The notes beneath the pieces were generated by a model that searched no databases, was not told the DNA's origin, and was given only the letters and a program-made list of their open reading frames with translations. A program made the position numbers and the translations under genes. Below are positions 10,962-20,213 of a stretch of DNA of 64,000 nt, piece by piece. Source of the DNA: an uncultured delta proteobacterium (lineage in GTDB: Bacteria > Desulfobacterota > Binatia > UBA9968); the NCBI GenBank assembly GCA_963771465.1, contig CAVYTU010000008.1, positions 128,001 to 192,000 on the forward strand. Reading direction: 5' to 3'. Position 1 is the first letter of the stretch. Every line of letters begins with the position of its first letter.

Positions 10962-11315
10962 TTACGATACCAGGCGGCGTAGAGTTTCCAATTCTTTCTT
11001 GAGTTTGACCAATGCGCTTTTATATTTCTGCTCGCTCAGCGGCAGCTTGAGCTGATTTTTTTCTTCCTTCTTGGCTTCCCTTAGCTTCTTGCGCGCGCCC
11101 TCGATGGTGAAGCCTTCGGTGTAGAGCAAACGTTTGATTTCGAGCAGGAGCTCGACATCGCGTTTCTTGTAGAGCCGATGCTTGGACGGCGCCTTGGAAG
11201 GCTTGAGCAGTTCGAACTCGGTCTCCCAGTAGCGTAGCACATAGGGCTCCACGTCGACGATCTCGCTCACTTCACCGATCTTGAAATAAATTTTTTCCGG
11301 CAGACGCGACGCCAT
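10962..11315 (-). CDS. MerR-family HTH regulator (ihfA-linked)
   Basis: FKIGEVS, VLRYWETEF, GFTIEGARK; conserved pheT-ihfA-merR-tRNA-Pro order. Confidence 0.92.
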   Translation of the reverse strand: MASRLPEKIYFKIGEVSEIVDVEPYVLRYWETEFELLKPSKAPSKHRLYKKRDVELLLEIKRLLYTEGFTIEGARKKLREAKKEEKNQLKLPLSEQKYKSALVKLKKELETLRRLVS

Positions 11316-11324
11316 CGCTCGGCT

Positions 11325-11645
11325 CTACTCCGCGGCGTCGGGGCCCGCCGGCATTCCCGCGTCGGCCGCCATGCCGTTCAAACTCTTCTTCATGATTTGG
11401 CTGGCTTTGAAAGTTAGAACCTTGCGGCCGACGATAATGATTTCATCGCCGGTCTGAGGATTTCTACCTTTGCGCGGCCGCTTGGTATTGACGACAAAAT
11501 TGCCGAAGCCGGAGATCTTTACCTTTTCGCCCTGCTCCAGACTATGCTTGATAATATCGAAGGTCGCTTCGACGACATCGGTGGCGTCTTTCTTCGAAAA
11601 GCCGACTTTCTCATAGATACGCGTGATGATTTCCGCTTTTGTCAT
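11325..11645 (-). CDS. ihfA: Integration host factor subunit alpha
   Basis: MTKAE, VKISGFGNF, GRNPQTG; directly after pheT. Confidence 0.92.
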   Translation of the reverse strand: MTKAEIITRIYEKVGFSKKDATDVVEATFDIIKHSLEQGEKVKISGFGNFVVNTKRPRKGRNPQTGDEIIIVGRKVLTFKASQIMKKSLNGMAADAGMPAGPDAAE

Positions 11646-11685
11646 GTGCTACCTCCCTGCGCCAGATTTGGCGCCTCGACGAACG

Positions 11686-13770
11686 TCAACTGCGCCGTTC
11701 CGCGCCAAAGGTTTTGCCGAGCCGGTCCACTATACTTTGGTGCAGCGTGTTGACCTCCAGATCCGTTAGCGTGCGATCCTCGGCGCGATAGGAAATTTTA
11801 TAGGCCAAACTTTTTTTTCCTTCAGGGATCGGCACGCCCATATACTGGTCGAAAACGTCCACATGCTCGATCAAAGGCTCGCCGAGATTTTTGATCCAAT
11901 CGATGACTTGAGCCGCGGCAAAATCACGCTCCACGACCACGGCCACGTCTCGTTCCACCGCTGGAAATCGCGGCAGCGAATGGGCTGCGATTCGCCGCGG
12001 AGCATACTCAAGCAGTTTTTCGAAGTCAAGTTCAAATGCGCAACTTGACGGCACTTCGAGCCGCTCGCAGGTGTCGGGATGGAGTCGGCCTAAGTAGCCG
12101 ACGCGCTGGCCGTTCAAGGTCAGCGCCGCAGACTGCCCCGGATGCAATATCGGCATCTCGGCGGCCGACCAGCGCGCCAACTCGCCCAGGTGAAAAAAGT
12201 CGAGCAGCGCTTCAACCAGACCCTTGCAGTCGAGAAAATTCACCGCCGCGGGCTCGCCTTGACGTAGTCCATAACGCGCTCGCGGTCCGTAGAGCAACGC
12301 CGCGACACACTGGCGCTCACCCGCCGCACCGGTCGCATCGACTGCGAAGGTCTTGCCCAAGTGATAACCGGCGAAACTGGCCGTGTGCTGCGCCAGATTG
12401 AGTTTTAAATTATTAATCAGTCCCGGCAATAGGCTGTGACGCATCTCCGCGTCATCTTTCGCCAACGGATTGAGTACCGGCACCGCGCCTGGATTTTTCT
12501 GCCAAAGACCGGCAAACGAACGATTGGACGCCTGCGTGGTAAACGGCAGGTTGATCACTTCCGCCAGCCCTTCGCCGGACATGAGTGCGCGCAACTTTCG
12601 TTCCGATGCCAGTTGATGATCATTCTTGCCGCCCGACGATCGCAGCCAGGGCAACGTCGATGGTATGTTATCGTATCCGTGCAGGCGCGCCAGCTCTTCG
12701 ATCACATCCGCCTCGCGGGAAATATCCGGACGGCTGCTTGGTGGAATCACGATCCAACTTCCGCTTTTGCCGCGCCGCGTGGATTTCAGGCCGATGGAAT
12801 GAAGCAATCTCTCGGCGCGTTTCCCATCCAGCGCGATACCGAGAAGGTCTTCAATACGCTCCTGGCGCAAAATTATCGTCGGCGCCTTGCTCTTGCCGGG
12901 ATAGGCATCGGCGACGCCAGCCATGGGTTTACCGCCGGCGGTCTCCATGAGCAGGTAAACGGCACGGTTGAGCGCTGCGATCGTTCCTTCTGGATCGACG
13001 CCGCGCTCGAAACGATGCGACGCTTCGCTATGGAGCGCCAAGCGTTTGACCGTGCGGCGAATCGACGCCGGCGCGAAGTTGGCGCTTTCGAGTAAGAGCG
13101 AGCGTGTGCGGTCAGTCACTTCCGAATCCATGCCGCCCATCACGCCCGCCAGCGCGACCGGTACGTCGTCATCGCAAATCAGCAAATCTTCAGGAGCTAG
13201 TTCGCGCTCCGTGCCGTCCAGCGTGGTAAATTTCTTCAGCTCCTTGGCGCCACGCACGACGATCTTCTTACTCGGCAAGCGATCGAGGTCAAAGGCATGG
13301 AGCGGCTGGCCGGTTTCAAGCATGACGTAATTGGTCACATCGACGACATTGTTAATCGCGCGAATGCCGCAGGCCTCAAGCCGGGCGCTGAGCCACGCCG
13401 GCGACGGCCCCATGCGCACTTCGTCAACGATGCGCGCGGAGTAACGCGCACACAGCTTGGCCTTTTCAATCGTCAGGGCGACGCGTTTGTTGATCGACGC
13501 ATCTTTCTTGGTCGCGCTCACCGGCGGCGTTGTCAAACTAGCACCGGTCAGCGCGGCGACCTCGCGGGCGATACCGGCGATACCGAGGCAGTCGCCGCGA
13601 TTGGGCGTGACGCCGATCTCAAAAAGCTGATCCGGCCGACCGCTCCCCGGTTGGCTAAGCGGAGTCACCGACTCGACCTCAAGGCCTGCCATGGTGAGCC
13701 GCTTAGCCAGTTCCTCCGGTGTAGCGGTGAAATTGACAAATTCTTTCAGCCAGCTGAGAGTAAATTTCAT
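11686..13770 (-). CDS. pheT: Phenylalanine-tRNA ligase beta subunit (short form)
   Basis: TPNRGDCL, GQPLHAFD, RFERGVD, C-terminal FDX-ACB domain (FPAVERD..RTLTD); 694 aa. Confidence 0.95.
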   Translation of the reverse strand: MKFTLSWLKEFVNFTATPEELAKRLTMAGLEVESVTPLSQPGSGRPDQLFEIGVTPNRGDCLGIAGIAREVAALTGASLTTPPVSATKKDASINKRVALTIEKAKLCARYSARIVDEVRMGPSPAWLSARLEACGIRAINNVVDVTNYVMLETGQPLHAFDLDRLPSKKIVVRGAKELKKFTTLDGTERELAPEDLLICDDDVPVALAGVMGGMDSEVTDRTRSLLLESANFAPASIRRTVKRLALHSEASHRFERGVDPEGTIAALNRAVYLLMETAGGKPMAGVADAYPGKSKAPTIILRQERIEDLLGIALDGKRAERLLHSIGLKSTRRGKSGSWIVIPPSSRPDISREADVIEELARLHGYDNIPSTLPWLRSSGGKNDHQLASERKLRALMSGEGLAEVINLPFTTQASNRSFAGLWQKNPGAVPVLNPLAKDDAEMRHSLLPGLINNLKLNLAQHTASFAGYHLGKTFAVDATGAAGERQCVAALLYGPRARYGLRQGEPAAVNFLDCKGLVEALLDFFHLGELARWSAAEMPILHPGQSAALTLNGQRVGYLGRLHPDTCERLEVPSSCAFELDFEKLLEYAPRRIAAHSLPRFPAVERDVAVVVERDFAAAQVIDWIKNLGEPLIEHVDVFDQYMGVPIPEGKKSLAYKISYRAEDRTLTDLEVNTLHQSIVDRLGKTFGAERRS

Positions 13771-13840
13771 AAAATTGCGGTGATAAAGTCTGGAGTAATG
13801 GAATCTTGGTTCCGGAACCCATCACTCCATACCCACTCGC

Positions 13841-14881
13841 CTAGCTGAATTGGCGCAAAAACCTGAGATCATTTTGAAAGAACAGCCTGATATCATCGAT
13901 GCCGTATTTGAGCATGGCGATACGCTCCACGCCCATGCCAAAGGCAAAGCCGGAAATTTTCTCCGGATCATAGCCGACGAACTTAAAGACCGCCGGATCG
14001 ATCATGCCGGCGCCGAGAATTTCGAGCCATCCGGTGGCCTTGCACACCCGGCAGGTTTGTCCCGCCTTGTTCGCGCCGCTGCCGCCGCAAATCACGCATT
14101 GAATATCGATCTCGGCGCTCGGCTCGGTGAACGGAAAAAAACTCGGACGGAATCGAACGCCCGCATCGGGCTCAAAAATCTGCCGCAAAAAATGCGTTAG
14201 CACGCCTTTGAGATCAGAAAATGCGATGCGCGCATCGACCATGAAGCCTTCGACCTGGTGAAACATCGGCGAGTGGGTCGCATCGTCGTCGTGACGATAG
14301 ACCGCGCCGGGCACGATCACTTGCAGCGGCGGCTTGCGTGTCTCCATGGTGCGAATCTGCACCGGCGAAGTATGTGTGCGCAGCAATCGTCCGTCGGCGA
14401 CGAAGAACGTGTCTTGCATGTCGCGCGCCGGATGGTCTTGTGGAATATTGAGTGCTTCGAAGTTGTGATAATCGTCTTCGATGTCCGGACCGCGCGCGAT
14501 CTCGAAGCCCATGCCCCAAAAAATATCGACGATCTCGTCGATCACCAAAGTCAATGGGTGCGCGCTGCCGCGCTGCCAACGGCTGCCCGGCAGCGTGATA
14601 TCGATCCGTTCGTCTCTGAGCGCTTGCGTTTTCGCGTGATTTTTGACGGTGACAAGCCGCAAGTCCAAACTGATTTCGAGCTCGCGGCGCAATTGATTGA
14701 GCGCTTCACCGGTGCGTGGCCGTTGTTCCGCCGGCAGGTCCTTAAGACCGCGCAGCCGCAGCGTAATGCTGCCGCTCCGGCCCAGGACTTCGACCCGCAG
14801 CTGTTCGAGCTCCTCCACGGAGTTCGCCTGCTGGATTCGATCCAGAACCTCTCCACGGAGAGTTTCCAGGGAATCGTTCAT
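13841..14881 (-). CDS. pheS: Phenylalanine-tRNA ligase alpha subunit
   Basis: HPARDMQDTF, LRTHTSPVQ, FPFTEPS, FAFGMGVER. Confidence 0.98.
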   Translation of the reverse strand: MNDSLETLRGEVLDRIQQANSVEELEQLRVEVLGRSGSITLRLRGLKDLPAEQRPRTGEALNQLRRELEISLDLRLVTVKNHAKTQALRDERIDITLPGSRWQRGSAHPLTLVIDEIVDIFWGMGFEIARGPDIEDDYHNFEALNIPQDHPARDMQDTFFVADGRLLRTHTSPVQIRTMETRKPPLQVIVPGAVYRHDDDATHSPMFHQVEGFMVDARIAFSDLKGVLTHFLRQIFEPDAGVRFRPSFFPFTEPSAEIDIQCVICGGSGANKAGQTCRVCKATGWLEILGAGMIDPAVFKFVGYDPEKISGFAFGMGVERIAMLKYGIDDIRLFFQNDLRFLRQFS

Positions 14882-14902
14882 CTGACTGGAGGACTTAGAC
14901 TT

Positions 14903-15262
14903 TTAAGCGCCTAGGTGAGACTTAGCGGTTTGCGCGATTTGACCGAAGGCGGTCATGTCCGCCGCGGCGATTTCCGCCAGGATCTTACGGTCCAACTCCA
15001 CTTTGGCTTCTTTCAGTCCCTTGATCAGCTGGCTATAGGAAATACCGCAAATTTTCGCCGCGGCGCTAATGCGCTGGATCCATAGGCCGCGAAACGTCCG
15101 CTTTTTGACGCGCCGATCGCGATAGGCGAACACCAAACCACGCTCGACGGTCTCCCGCGCGGAGCGGTATAATCGGCCTCGGCCACCGACGTAGCCTTTA
15201 GCCAGCTTCATGATCTTCTTATGTTTTTGCCTCGTCTTACTGCCACCTTTAGCTCTGGGCAT
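14903..15262 (-). CDS. rplT: 50S ribosomal protein L20
   Basis: MPRAKGG, AYRDRR, LWIQRI, LDRKILAEIA. Confidence 0.97.
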   Translation of the reverse strand: MPRAKGGSKTRQKHKKIMKLAKGYVGGRGRLYRSARETVERGLVFAYRDRRVKKRTFRGLWIQRISAAAKICGISYSQLIKGLKEAKVELDRKILAEIAAADMTAFGQIAQTAKSHLGA

Positions 15263-15283
15263 AATGTAACTCCTTTCTTAGAC

Positions 15284-15371
15284 AGTGCCGAGATGGAACG
15301 CTGAGTCTACGAGTTTAAGACAGCGAATTTTCCGCTTCCGAGCTCAGCACCCGTTCCTCAGCACTTAGCAC
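15284..15371. repeat. Heptamer-type imperfect hairpin between rpmI and rplT
   Basis: AGTGCCGAGATGGAACGCTGAG versus CTCAGCACCCGTTCCTCAGCACT. Confidence 0.6.
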
Positions 15372-15373
15372 TT

Positions 15374-15571
15374 TTATTTGTACGGTATTAATTTACGGAT
15401 GTTCTTCGCTTCAACCGCGGCCACCGTGGTCGCTTTACGCAAATGACGTTTTTGTTTCTTACCCTTGCTTGAAAGGATATGCCGCTTATAGGCTTTGTTG
15501 CGTTTGATCTTACCGGTGCCGGTGACGCGAAAACGTTTCGCGGCGGCTCGATTGGTTTTGATTTTAGGCAC
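15374..15571 (-). CDS. rpmI: 50S ribosomal protein L35
   Basis: [21 protein letters not shown]. Confidence 0.97.
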   Translation of the reverse strand: MPKIKTNRAAAKRFRVTGTGKIKRNKAYKRHILSSKGKKQKRHLRKATTVAAVEAKNIRKLIPYK

Positions 15572-15617
15572 TCTATTGCTCCTCTACAAATATCATTCTA
15601 GCGAATTAGCGGCCGGC

Positions 15618-16121
15618 TCACTTGGGCGTCAACAACATTGCCATGTTGCGTCCTTCCAGACGCGGCTCGATATCGACTTTGGCAACGTCTTGGACCAAGA
15701 CGACCACGCCTTTGAGCATCTGCCGGCCCAAATCTGGATGGGTAATCTCGCGGCCGCGAAAGAACACCGACACTTTGACGCGCTGGCCTTCGCCGATAAA
15801 CTTGCGAATGTTTTTTACCTTATGCTCGACATCGTGGGCGTCCGTGCGCGAGCCCATTTTTACTTCCTTGATTTCAACCACGGCGTGCTTGTTCGGTCCA
15901 TGCTGCTTTTTTTTCTGCTCATAGCGGAACTTGCCGTAGTCCATCATCCGGCAAACTGGCGGCTGCGCCTCCGCCGCGACTTCGACGAGGTCCAACTCCA
16001 GGGCCTCGACCTGCTTGAGCGCTTCATGCAGCGGTATGACTCCAAGCTGTTCGCCCTTGGGCCCGATCACCCGCACTTCACGGGCACGAATTTGATGATT
16101 GATTCTCGCTTCTCTAGCTAT
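15618..16121 (-). CDS. infC: Translation initiation factor IF-3, ATA start
   Basis: GGAGG-6nt-ATA at 16121 in frame (IAREARINHQIRAREVRVI); PPVCRMMDYGKF, FRGRE. Confidence 0.95.
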   Translation of the reverse strand: MAREARINHQIRAREVRVIGPKGEQLGVIPLHEALKQVEALELDLVEVAAEAQPPVCRMMDYGKFRYEQKKKQHGPNKHAVVEIKEVKMGSRTDAHDVEHKVKNIRKFIGEGQRVKVSVFFRGREITHPDLGRQMLKGVVVLVQDVAKVDIEPRLEGRNMAMLLTPK

Positions 16122-16158
16122 AAGACACCTCCGTTTTACGACCCGTCCTCAATTACTT

Positions 16159-18069
16159 TTATGCTGGTCCCACTTCTAGTGCAACCTCGGCGCGCAGCTG
16201 TTCGATAAATTGTCCGAGCGCCAGCGGCGCGAGATTCTCGCCGCCGCGCCGGCGCGGCGCCACCAACTGTCCGGCTACTTCCTTGTCGCCGATCACCACC
16301 GCATAGGGAATCTTCGCCAACTGCGCTTCACGAATCTTGTAGCCGAGCTTCTCATTGCGGCCGTCGAGCTCGACCCGCCAACCGGCGTCGCGCAGCTGCT
16401 CGAACACACTCGTAGCATATTCTTTCTGGTCATCGGTAACGGTCAAGATCTTCAATTGCACCGGCGCTAGCCAGAGCGGAAAGGCGCCGGCGCAATGTTC
16501 GATTAGGATGCCCATAAAGCGCTCGATGGATCCCAAGATCGCGCGGTGAATCATCACCGGCCGCGCCTCGCTGCCCGAGGATGCGGTGTAAGCTAAATCG
16601 AAACGCTCCGGCATGTTAAAATCCAATTGCATGGTGGCCAGCTGCCAGCCGCGCTTGAGCGCATCGAGCACGAGGAAATCGATCTTCGGGCCGTAAAAAG
16701 CGCCGTCGCCGGGATTGACCTGATAATCGATGCCTTCTTTGCTCAGCGCTTGCCCCAGCGCCGCTTCCGCTTTGTCCCAAATCGCGACGTCACCGATAAA
16801 ATCCTTCGGCCGGGTCGAGAGCTTGACCTGCATGTCGGTAAACTGAAAGGTCCGGTAAACTTCCCGGAGCATTTTGATCAGACTGCTGATTTCTCCCTCG
16901 ATTTGCTCCGGCGCGCAGAAAATATGCGCGTCGTCCTGGGCGAAGGAACGGACTCGGGTCAAGCCCGCGGTCACGCCGGAGCGCTCATAACGGTGTAAGC
17001 GGCCGAAGTCGGCGATGCGCAACGGCAGATCGCGGTAAGAACGCTTTTTCGCGGCGTAGACGAAAGTATGGCCCGGACAGTTCATCGGCTTGACCCCGAA
17101 CTGGCGCTCGTCGACCTCGGTAAAATACATGCTGTCGCGATAGTGATCGTAGTGGCCGGAGCGGCGCCACAGCTCGACGTCGAGAATCTGCGGCGTGATC
17201 ACTTCATCGTAGCCGTATCGAACGTAGAGCCGGCGCATATACGCGATCAGCTCGTTATAAACCGTCGCGCCCTTGGGGTGAAAAAACGGACTCGCCGGCG
17301 CGATCGGATGAAAGCTAAACAGATCCAACTCTTTGCCCAGCCGGCGGTGATCGCGCTTCTTCGCTTCTTCGAGCAAGCGCAGATGTTCGTTGAGCGCGTC
17401 TTTGCTGTGCCATGACGTGCCGTAGATGCGTTGCAGCATCTCGTTCTGCTCGTTACCGCGCCAGTAGGCGCCGGCAACACCGGTCAGTTTAAAAGCTCTA
17501 ATCGCCCCCGTGCTCGGCACATGCGGCCCGCGGCAAAAATCGACCCAATCGCCTTGACGATAAAGCGAGACGGTTTCGTCAGTGACGCCTTCAATGATCT
17601 CGACCTTGTAGTCCTCGCCCATCTTGCGAAACAGCTCGATCGCTTCGGCGCGCGGCAATTCTTCCCGGGTAACTTTTAAATTGGCCTTGGCCAATTCCTG
17701 CATGCGCTGCTCGATCTGCGCCAGTTCTTCCGGCGAAAACGGCTCGCTGCGTTTGAAATCGTAGTAAAAGCCATCATCAATGGTCGGACCGATGGTGACT
17801 TGAGTGCCGGGGAACAGACTCTGCACCGCCTGCGCCATCAGATGCGCGGTTGAATGGCGCAGCACGTCGAGACCCTCGGGACTGTCCGGCACGATCCAAT
17901 CCACGGCGCAATCCTTTTCCAAAGTGCGATTGAGATCGACCGGATTGCCGTCGATCTTGGCGGCGATCAAATTTTTTGCGCCGGCGGACTGAGCCAGCTC
18001 GACCACCCGAGTGCCAGGGCGAACGTCGACGGAACGTCCGTCAGCAAATGTGACGTGAATACTGTCCAT
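16159..18069 (-). CDS. thrS: Threonine-tRNA ligase
   Basis: RHSTAH, DFCRGPH, RDHR, KPMNCPGH, FYGPKID, IHRAILGS. Confidence 0.98.
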   Translation of the reverse strand: MDSIHVTFADGRSVDVRPGTRVVELAQSAGAKNLIAAKIDGNPVDLNRTLEKDCAVDWIVPDSPEGLDVLRHSTAHLMAQAVQSLFPGTQVTIGPTIDDGFYYDFKRSEPFSPEELAQIEQRMQELAKANLKVTREELPRAEAIELFRKMGEDYKVEIIEGVTDETVSLYRQGDWVDFCRGPHVPSTGAIRAFKLTGVAGAYWRGNEQNEMLQRIYGTSWHSKDALNEHLRLLEEAKKRDHRRLGKELDLFSFHPIAPASPFFHPKGATVYNELIAYMRRLYVRYGYDEVITPQILDVELWRRSGHYDHYRDSMYFTEVDERQFGVKPMNCPGHTFVYAAKKRSYRDLPLRIADFGRLHRYERSGVTAGLTRVRSFAQDDAHIFCAPEQIEGEISSLIKMLREVYRTFQFTDMQVKLSTRPKDFIGDVAIWDKAEAALGQALSKEGIDYQVNPGDGAFYGPKIDFLVLDALKRGWQLATMQLDFNMPERFDLAYTASSGSEARPVMIHRAILGSIERFMGILIEHCAGAFPLWLAPVQLKILTVTDDQKEYATSVFEQLRDAGWRVELDGRNEKLGYKIREAQLAKIPYAVVIGDKEVAGQLVAPRRRGGENLAPLALGQFIEQLRAEVALEVGPA

Positions 18070-18086
18070 ACCTGCTGGTTAAGAAA

Positions 18087-18161
18087 TGGTAGGCACGGGC
18101 AGGATTGAACTGCCGACCTCTTCCGTGTCAGGGAAGCGCTCTCCCACTGAGCTACGTGCCT
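18087..18161 (-). tRNA. tRNA-Val (GAC)
   Basis: AGGCACGTAGCTCAGTGGGAGAGCG CTTCC-CTGACAC-GGAAG ...GTTCAATC...CCA; 75 nt. Confidence 0.96.
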
Positions 18162-18315
18162 GGAAGACCTGCGCGCACGGGCCACTGAAGGCCAGTTTAA
18201 CGAGCTGCGAATGCATCAATTTCAACGGCTGTAGTGAACCCTTTGGCAGGGACTATTTATCGACGACTTAATCATTGCAAGAGATCGATTTTATTACCAA
18301 TTTATCATCTCAGTG

Positions 18316-18882
18316 TCAACCTGGCGGCGCGATCGTCGGGGCGCGGCTTTGGAGCCAGACCAGGCCGCGATAAAGATATTGGCAACCCGATACCACCGTG
18401 GCAATGGCAGTGAGCGCGACGAACCATCCCAAAATTTGTGGACCGAGCAGTTTTGGATCATGCAATGTCGCCAGGGCCACGGCGAGGGTGAGCAATTGGA
18501 ATGTCGTGCTCCATTTTCCGATCCAACTCGGTTTCACCTGCATTCTTTCGAAAACCAAAAAATAGATTATCGCGTAACCCACCACAATCAAGACATCGCG
18601 CACCACCACCACGACCGCCAGCCATATGGGAATGCCGCCAATCAAGCCGAGCATGATGAAAGAAGTGATGACCAAAAGTTTATCCGCAGCCGGGTCCAAG
18701 TACGCGCCGAGCGCGGTCTTTTGATTCATCCAGCGGGCGGCGAGGCCGTCGAGAAAATCGGTCAGGCCACCGATGGCGAAAACGACTAACGCTTCCCAGT
18801 ATTGGTGGTAGGCAAGAAATTCGAGAAAGAATGGAATCGTCAGTATGCGCAGCAGCGTGAGGGTGTTCGGTAAATTCAGCAT
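18316..18882 (-). CDS. CDP-alcohol phosphatidyltransferase (PgsA-like)
   Basis: NLPNTLTLLR; DFLDGLAAR..GAYLDPAADK motif. Confidence 0.9.
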   Translation of the reverse strand: MLNLPNTLTLLRILTIPFFLEFLAYHQYWEALVVFAIGGLTDFLDGLAARWMNQKTALGAYLDPAADKLLVITSFIMLGLIGGIPIWLAVVVVVRDVLIVVGYAIIYFLVFERMQVKPSWIGKWSTTFQLLTLAVALATLHDPKLLGPQILGWFVALTAIATVVSGCQYLYRGLVWLQSRAPTIAPPG

Positions 18883-18908
18883 CGATCATTGCTCGTGACC
18901 ACGCTGAT

Positions 18909-20213
18909 TTAGACGATGGCTTTCGCCTTCGCACCGTTGGCGCTCATCAGTTTACGCATTTGCCCGGCCAATTTGGGCGTGACGAGAGCGCTGACGCGAA
19001 CTCGCTCGCCATCATAATCTTGGCTGACAATACGGCCGCGCTCGCGCAACAACGCCACCAGCGCGCCCTGGGCCGGCGTAAAGCTCGCTTCAAAAGGCTC
19101 TTTGGCGCGGTCAAGCAGAGCGCCGATGGTCGCCAGGAGTTGATCAACGCCTTCTCCCGTCAATGCCGAAATCGCACAGACCTCGGCGACATTGTTCGTT
19201 TTAAGCTGGCGCACCGGCACGGCGGCCACGGCATCGATCTTGTTTGGCACGAGCAGTGTCGGAATCTCGCCGGCGCCGATTTCAAGCAAAACTTTTTCGA
19301 TGATCTCAATCTGCTCCAGGTAGAGAGGATTGGCCAGGTCCACCAGATGGAGCAACAAATCGGCACGGCTCACCTCTTCCAGCGTGCTCTTGAACGCTTC
19401 GATGAGAGAATGAGGAATCTTGTTGATAAATCCGACGGTGTCGACAATCATCACTTTGTCGCCATTGGGCAAACGCAACGCGCGCGTCGTCGGATCGAGG
19501 GTCGCGAAGAGTTTGTCTTCGACGAACACGCCGGCGCGGGTGAGGGTATTCATCAGGGTCGACTTGCCCGCGTTGGTGTAACCGACCAACGCCACGGTGG
19601 CGAAGGGCGCTTCGCTGCGCTCTTTTCGTTGCAAGCTGCGGGTGCGCTCGACGGTGTCGAGCCGGCGTTTAAGATGGCCGATGCGCTCGCGCAGACGCCG
19701 CCGATCGACTTCGAGTTGGGTTTCGCCGGGACCGCGGGTGCCGATGCCGCCGCCGAGGCGCGACAAATGCGTCCACTGGCGCGTCAGCCGCGGCAAAAGA
19801 TATTCCAGTTGGGCCAGCTCCACTTGCAGTTTGCCTTCGTTGCTACGCGCCCGCTGGGCGAAGATGTCGAGAATCAATTGGCTGCGGTCGACGACGCGAA
19901 TCTTGAAAGCGTTCTCCAAATTGCGCTGCTGCGCCGGTGTCAGCTCTTCGTCGACGATCACCAGATCAGCGTGCAGTTCTTTGATGCTGGCTTGAATCTC
20001 CTCGACCTTGCCGCGGCCGATGAGCGTCGCCGGCGTGACTCTTTTGATCTGTTGGGAGCACTTGCCGAGCACAGTTGCGCCGGCGGTCTTGGCCAAACGC
20101 TCAAGCTCTTCGAGGCTATATTCCAGCGCAACCCGGTGATCGCGTGACGGCAGCTCGACGCCGACCAACAGGGCCTTCTCTTTGGGGTGCTCTGTGGAGA
20201 TAAGTTGCTTCAA
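18909..20213 (-). CDS. hflX: GTPase HflX
   Basis: [36 protein letters not shown]; TTG start overlaps the dnaE stop. Confidence 0.96.
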   Translation of the reverse strand: MKQLISTEHPKEKALLVGVELPSRDHRVALEYSLEELERLAKTAGATVLGKCSQQIKRVTPATLIGRGKVEEIQASIKELHADLVIVDEELTPAQQRNLENAFKIRVVDRSQLILDIFAQRARSNEGKLQVELAQLEYLLPRLTRQWTHLSRLGGGIGTRGPGETQLEVDRRRLRERIGHLKRRLDTVERTRSLQRKERSEAPFATVALVGYTNAGKSTLMNTLTRAGVFVEDKLFATLDPTTRALRLPNGDKVMIVDTVGFINKIPHSLIEAFKSTLEEVSRADLLLHLVDLANPLYLEQIEIIEKVLLEIGAGEIPTLLVPNKIDAVAAVPVRQLKTNNVAEVCAISALTGEGVDQLLATIGALLDRAKEPFEASFTPAQGALVALLRERGRIVSQDYDGERVRVSALVTPKLAGQMRKLMSANGAKAKAIV

